The notes under the pieces are model-generated. The model had not been told where the DNA came from. It made no database searches and was given only the letters and a program-made list of their open reading frames with translations. Positions 59,475 to 64,000 of a DNA stretch of 64,000 bases are shown here, one piece after another. A program made the position numbers and the translations under genes. Origin of the DNA: an uncultured Actinomycetota bacterium (GTDB lineage: Bacteria; Actinomycetota; Actinomycetes; Actinomycetales; Microbacteriaceae); assembly GCA_963779775.1 (NCBI GenBank), contig CAVZZQ010000004.1, positions 26,708-90,707 of the forward strand, written 5' to 3'. Position 1 is the first letter of the stretch. The number at the start of each line of letters is the position of its first letter.

Positions 59475-60398
59475 CTAGCCGAGCAGCGCCGACACGTCGA
59501 TACCGGCCAGCCGAGCCGGATCCGCCAGCGAATCCACGGCGACCACGAGACCACCGCGCAGGGTGAAGCTCGACGCCGAGAGCAGTCGGCCTCCGACGAT
59601 CACGACGGCACCCGGCATCCCGTTGACCAGCGCCGCGCTGGGCGCCGGCGAGGCCGGCCCGAAGCTGACCGCCTGCCCCGCGACCTGTCGTGCACCCGCG
59701 ATCGCGACGCTGGCCGGCGAGCCCGGTCCGCTATCGATTCGGAACACGACATCCGGATGCAGCACGGCCATCAGCGCCTCGAAGTCCCCCGCGCGGGCCG
59801 CCGCGAAGAACGCGTCCACCACCTGGCGCTGCCGGCGCACGGAGCCCGGGCCGCCTGCCTGCGCATCCGCTCCCCCGGCCCTGCCCTGCACGCGCCGCCG
59901 GGCGCGGGTCGCGAGCTGGCGCGCCGACGCGGGCGTGCGGTCGAGCATCCGGGCGATCTGATCGAAGGGCACCGCGAACATGTCGTGCAGCACGAAGGCG
60001 ACCCGCTCATCCGGCGCCAGCGCGTCGAGCACGACGAGCATCGCCACCCCGACCGAATCGGCCAGCACCGCTTCGAGCTCGGGATCGCGCGACGGCTCCG
60101 CAGCGATCACGGGGTCGACGACGCGGCTGTCGAGCAGTTCCAGGGAGCTCTCGGCGCGCTGCCGGCGCGACCGGAGCACGTTGAGACTGATGCGCGTCAC
60201 GACCGTCGTCAGCCAGGCGCCGAGTTCGTCGATCCCGTCGTCATCGGCCTTGTCGGCCCGCGCGGTGCGCTCGAGACGCAGCCAGGCTTCCTGCACCGCG
60301 TCCTGGGCTTCGACGCTCGAGCCGAGCATCCGGGTCGCGACGGCGAGCAGGCGCGGCCGCTCCCGCTCGAAGCGCATCGTGAGCCGGTCGTCGTCCAT
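59475..60398 (-). CDS. ECF41 (SigJ-like) sigma factor with C-terminal SnoaL domain
   Basis: AQDAVQEAWLR, ERVAFVLHDMF, RQLATRARR, DVVFRIDSG, VNG.PG. Confidence 0.9.
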   Translation of the reverse strand: MDDDRLTMRFERERPRLLAVATRMLGSSVEAQDAVQEAWLRLERTARADKADDDGIDELGAWLTTVVTRISLNVLRSRRQRAESSLELLDSRVVDPVIAAEPSRDPELEAVLADSVGVAMLVVLDALAPDERVAFVLHDMFAVPFDQIARMLDRTPASARQLATRARRRVQGRAGGADAQAGGPGSVRRQRQVVDAFFAAARAGDFEALMAVLHPDVVFRIDSGPGSPASVAIAGARQVAGQAVSFGPASPAPSAALVNGMPGAVVIVGGRLLSASSFTLRGGLVVAVDSLADPARLAGIDVSALLG

Positions 60399-60400
60399 TC

Positions 60401-60466
60401 CTGTCACATCCTCTCGCTCTCGCGGGTCATACCAGTACGACCCGCGAGAGGCGCGGGATGTGACAG
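60401..60466. promoter_or_regulatory. Palindrome containing two mirror-image ECF41-type promoters
   Basis: TGTCACA-N16-GGTC on + (60402-60428) and on - (60465-60439). Confidence 0.75.
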
Positions 60467-60477
60467 AAGGAGACCTC

Positions 60478-61305
60478 ATGACCACCGTGCCGACGAACGA
60501 CGTGCCCACGAACACCGTGCTCGTGACCGGCGGCACCGGAACACTCGGGCGGCTGATCGTGCCGAGACTGCTGGAGGCCGGATGCCGCGTCCGGATCCTG
60601 TCGCGCACCGACCAGCCGGAGCAGCCCGGCGTCGAGTTCGTGCGCGGCGACCTCGAGACCGGAGTCGGAGCGCGCGAAGCCGTCGACGGCGCCTGCACCG
60701 TGCTGCATCTGGCCGGGAGCCAGAAAGGCGATGAGCTCAAGGCGCGAAACCTCATCGACGAGGCGGTCCGCGCGGGCGTGACCCACCTGGCCTTCATCTC
60801 GGTGGTCGGCGCCGACCGGGTGCCGGTGCGCAGCGCGATCGACCGGATGCAGTTCGGCTACTTCGGCGAGAAGCGCGCTGCCGAGCTGGCGGTCATGGAG
60901 TCGGGCATCCCGTGGACCGTGCTGCGCGCCACCCAGTTCCACGAACTGGGGCTGCAGACCCTGCGTCTGCTCAGCCGCGGGCCGATCGCCTTCGTGTTCG
61001 GCGGCATCCGCTTCCAGCCGATCGCCGCGGTCGAGGTGGCCGAGCGGATGGCCGAGCTCGCGCTCGGCGCGCCCGCCGGTCTCGTGCCGAATCTGGGCGG
61101 TCCTGAGGCCCTCGAGATGTCGCAGCTCATGCGCAGCTACCTCGCCTCGGTCGGGCGGCGCGCGCCGATCGTGCCGATGCATGTGTCGGGCGGTGCGGGG
61201 CGCGCCATGAAGGCGGGGGCGAACCTCGATCTCGGTCACGCGGTTGGCACGCAGAGCTGGGAGGAGTTCCTGGCGACCGAGCCGCGGGACTCGCACACCG
61301 GGTGA
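60478..61305 (+). CDS. NAD(P)-binding SDR/NmrA-like oxidoreductase
   Basis: VTGGTGTLG, Y...K, LRATQFHE; AAGGAG RBS. Confidence 0.9.
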   Translation: MTTVPTNDVPTNTVLVTGGTGTLGRLIVPRLLEAGCRVRILSRTDQPEQPGVEFVRGDLETGVGAREAVDGACTVLHLAGSQKGDELKARNLIDEAVRAGVTHLAFISVVGADRVPVRSAIDRMQFGYFGEKRAAELAVMESGIPWTVLRATQFHELGLQTLRLLSRGPIAFVFGGIRFQPIAAVEVAERMAELALGAPAGLVPNLGGPEALEMSQLMRSYLASVGRRAPIVPMHVSGGAGRAMKAGANLDLGHAVGTQSWEEFLATEPRDSHTG

Positions 61306-61331
61306 GGCGTCGAAGCGGGTAGCGTCGCCGC

Positions 61332-61526
61332 ATGGCCCGCGTGCGCACGGTGAGCATCGGCGGCCGCGATGCGCGGTTGACCGAGCATCCGCTGATGATC
61401 GGCGGCATCCCCGTGATCTGGATGCTCGACTCGGCCACCTGGGGCGACGGCATGCCGGTGCCGCCGGACGAACTGCGCGCGGCCGGGATCCGGGTGCCGC
61501 GCAAGCTCGTGGACGACGACGACTGA
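61332..61526 (+). CDS. Small hypothetical protein (64 aa)
   Basis: TAGCGT -10 six nt before ATG; normal codon bias. Confidence 0.5.
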   Translation: MARVRTVSIGGRDARLTEHPLMIGGIPVIWMLDSATWGDGMPVPPDELRAAGIRVPRKLVDDDD

Positions 61527-61545
61527 GCGCGAGCACCGACGACGA

Positions 61546-61598
61546 GATCGGATGCCGGGCACGGCGCTCGTGCCGGAAAGCCGCCCCGGCATCCGATC
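61546..61598. terminator. Long hairpin between convergent small genes
   Basis: GATCGGATGCCGGG / CCCGGCATCCGATC perfect 14-bp inverted repeat. Confidence 0.6.
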
Positions 61599-61706
61599 GC
61601 CCCATCGTCATGGGCCGGAGACGGCAACGGGCGCCGCCCGCCACCGAGGTGGAGAGACGGCGCCCGTCGCGTGGTGCGGAGGATGCGACTGCGCTTGCTG
61701 AACTGC

Positions 61707-61931
61707 TCAGTGCTCGCGGAACTCCGGCCAATTCGACCCGGGCGGCATGCTCGCGTGCATGGCGCTCTTGGCGACCTCGAGCGTCGGATAGACGCCGCGC
61801 GGCTCCTGGTCGGCGAGCAGACGCACTGCGAAGCCGTCGTCGGTGTGGAGGATGGTGCCGGTGGCACCCGAGTCGCCGAATGCGACCCAGCGCTGACCGG
61901 TCATGGTGCCTGTCGAGGCAGTCGAGCTCAT
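61707..61931 (-). CDS. Small hypothetical protein (74 aa)
   Basis: AAGGAG RBS; WVAFG...G.YPTLEVAKSA...W.EFREH. Confidence 0.7.
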   Translation of the reverse strand: MSSTASTGTMTGQRWVAFGDSGATGTILHTDDGFAVRLLADQEPRGVYPTLEVAKSAMHASMPPGSNWPEFREH

Positions 61932-62036
61932 CGTCGAGCTCCTTTCTTCTCGTTGCCCCACCGACGCTACGCCTCCCTGCTGCCGAGCGCACCCAGTAGG
62001 CATTCAGCCCGGGAGGCAGAACCGTAGGCTGGACGC

Positions 62037-63074
62037 ATGGCCACCCCGCAGAATCCCGTTTCGACCCTGTACGTCGCCGACGACGACCGCTACGACGGCA
62101 GGATGCCGTACCCGCGGGTGGGTCGCAGCGGGCTGAAGCTCCCCGAGATCTCGCTCGGGCTGTGGAACAACTTCGGCTCGGACCGCCCGCTCGACACGCA
62201 GCGCGCGATCCTGCGCCGGGCGTTCGACCTCGGCGTCACCCACTTCGACCTCGCGAACAACTACGGGCCGGTCAACGGGGCGGCCGAGCGCAACTTCGGC
62301 CTGATCTTCCACGACGACTTCGTGCCGTACCGCGACGAGCTCATCATCTCGACCAAGGCCGGCTACGACATGTGGCCGGGCCCGTACGGCGAGTGGGGTT
62401 CGCGCAAATACCTGCTCAGCTCGCTCGACCAGTCGCTGAAGCGCATGGGCCTCGAGTACGTGGACATCTTCTACTCCCACCGGCCAGACCCCGAGACGCC
62501 GATCGAAGAGACCATGGGTGCGCTGGCGACGGCCGTGAGGTCCGGGCGGGCACTCTATGCCGGCATCTCGAACTACGACCCGGAGCAGACCAAGGCCGCG
62601 TTCGTCGCACTCCAGGCCGAGGGCATCCCGCTGTTGATCCACCAGCCGCGCTACAACATGTTCGACCGGCACATCGAGCACGGACTGTTCCCGGTGCTCG
62701 ACGAGATCGGCGCCGGCTCGATCGTGTTCTCGCCGCTCGCCCAGGGCATGCTGACCGACCGGTATCTGAACGGCATCCCGGATGACTCGCGTGCCGCCAC
62801 CGGTCGCTGGATCACCGAGAAGAACATCAATGAGACCTACCTCGAGCGGGCGAAGGGCCTCAACACCATCGCCCAGCAGCGCGGGCAGACGCTCGCGCAA
62901 CTCGCGCTGAGCTGGGTGCTGCGGCATCCCCAGGTCACCAGCGCGCTGATCGGCGCATCGAGCGTCGCCCAGCTCGAGAGCAGCCTGGGCGCCGCGAAGG
63001 CAGCACCGCTCACCGACGCCGAGGTCGCCGCCATCGAGCCGCTCGCGGTCGACGGCACCGAGCAGCGCGGCTGA
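62037..63074 (+). CDS. Aldo/keto reductase (YghZ/Gpr-like)
   Basis: GRSGLKLPEISLGLW, HFDLANNYG, STKAGY, DIFYSHRPD, FSPLAQG. Confidence 0.93.
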   Translation: MATPQNPVSTLYVADDDRYDGRMPYPRVGRSGLKLPEISLGLWNNFGSDRPLDTQRAILRRAFDLGVTHFDLANNYGPVNGAAERNFGLIFHDDFVPYRDELIISTKAGYDMWPGPYGEWGSRKYLLSSLDQSLKRMGLEYVDIFYSHRPDPETPIEETMGALATAVRSGRALYAGISNYDPEQTKAAFVALQAEGIPLLIHQPRYNMFDRHIEHGLFPVLDEIGAGSIVFSPLAQGMLTDRYLNGIPDDSRAATGRWITEKNINETYLERAKGLNTIAQQRGQTLAQLALSWVLRHPQVTSALIGASSVAQLESSLGAAKAAPLTDAEVAAIEPLAVDGTEQRG

Positions 63075-63092
63075 TCCGATCTGCTGGCCGGC

Positions 63093-64000
63093 GTGGGATA
63101 CCTCTTCGCTCTGCTGAGCGCCGCGCTGTTCGGGGCGAACGGCACCACCACCAAGCTGCTGGTGCTGGGCGGGCTCGAGCCGCAGCAGCTCACCCTGTTC
63201 CGGTCGCTCGGCACCGCGGTGATCGCGGGTGCCGTGCTGCTGGTCGTCAACAGACGAGCCTTCAGGATGCCGCCCCGGCAGTTGCTGACCATGGCGGTTC
63301 TCGGCGTGACCGGCATCGCCCTGCTGCAGGCCTTCTACGGCGGGGCACTGGCCAGGCTGCCGGTCGGGATCGCACTGCTGCTGGAGTACACCGGCGTGCT
63401 CTTCGTGGCCCTGGTCGGATTCTTCGTCTTCAAAGAGAAGGTGAAGGCGCGCCTCTGGGTCGCGATCGGCCTGGTGCTGGCCGGTCTGGTCGTGGTCGCG
63501 CAACTCTGGAGCAGCACCCTCGACCCGCTCGGGGTCGTGCTCGCGCTCGGTGCCGCCATCATGCTCACGATCTACTTCGTGGTCGGCGAGCGTCAGGTGG
63601 CGGCCACCTCGCCGCTGGCCGTGGCGTTCTGGACCGGCCTGTTCGCCGCTGCGTTCTGGGCGATCTTCAGCGGGTGGTGGGCGATGAGCCCCACGATCTT
63701 CGTCACGCCGGTCGAGATCGGCGGTTCGCACGGTCACCTCGACGTGCCGCTCTGGCTTCCGCTGACCTCGGCGATCGTGCTCGGATCGTTCCTGCCGTTC
63801 CTGCTGGGCTTCTACGCGCTCAAGCACCTGCCAGCGACCGCGGCAGGCATCGTCGCCTCGTCGGAGGTGCTGTTCGCCTTCCTGGTCGCCTGGCTGTGGC
63901 TCGGCGAGGGCCTGGACGGGGTCCAACTGCTCGGCGCAGCGGTGGTGCTGGTCGGCATCATGCTCGCCCAGACGGCGCGGGTGGGCAAGGTGGTGGATGC
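63093..64000 (+). CDS. EamA/DMT family transporter (3' end outside window)
   Basis: VGYLFALLSAALFG..., LPVGIALLLEYTG, EVLFAFLVAWLWLGE; absent from the ORF track because it has no stop in the window. Confidence 0.88.
   Translation, partial: MGYLFALLSAALFGANGTTTKLLVLGGLEPQQLTLFRSLGTAVIAGAVLLVVNRRAFRMPPRQLLTMAVLGVTGIALLQAFYGGALARLPVGIALLLEYTGVLFVALVGFFVFKEKVKARLWVAIGLVLAGLVVVAQLWSSTLDPLGVVLALGAAIMLTIYFVVGERQVAATSPLAVAFWTGLFAAAFWAIFSGWWAMSPTIFVTPVEIGGSHGHLDVPLWLPLTSAIVLGSFLPFLLGFYALKHLPATAAGIVASSEVLFAFLVAWLWLGEGLDGVQLLGAAVVLVGIMLAQTARVGKVVD

Overview
High-GC actinobacterial chromosome segment, most likely Microbacteriaceae from gene content and order. The core backbone is dcp, clpX, clpP2, clpP1, tig, tRNA-Pro and tRNA-Gly, then nadE, nei, rpiB, pepN, mscS, glbO, tesB, ettA and ssb, with accessory genes interspersed. 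Best candidates for an undescribed system: (1) a DUF3800 (RNase H-like) gene next to tRNA-Gly that converges on a compact structured RNA candidate with its own -10 element and terminator, suggesting a protein/RNA toxin-antitoxin-like or defence module; (2) a pump-less arsR/arsC module followed by an unannotated 15-aa peptide with three Cys-Cys pairs and a strong Shine-Dalgarno; (3) a 14-bp tandem repeat between nei and paiB that forms a chain of ATGA-coupled MRDQA mini-ORFs; (4) a palindrome holding two mirror-image ECF41-type promoters; (5) a DUF222/HNH gene splitting a two-component pair. Several single-base frameshifts, including one in tig, suggest residual assembly errors. All calls come from motif recognition by eye; no database searches were run.
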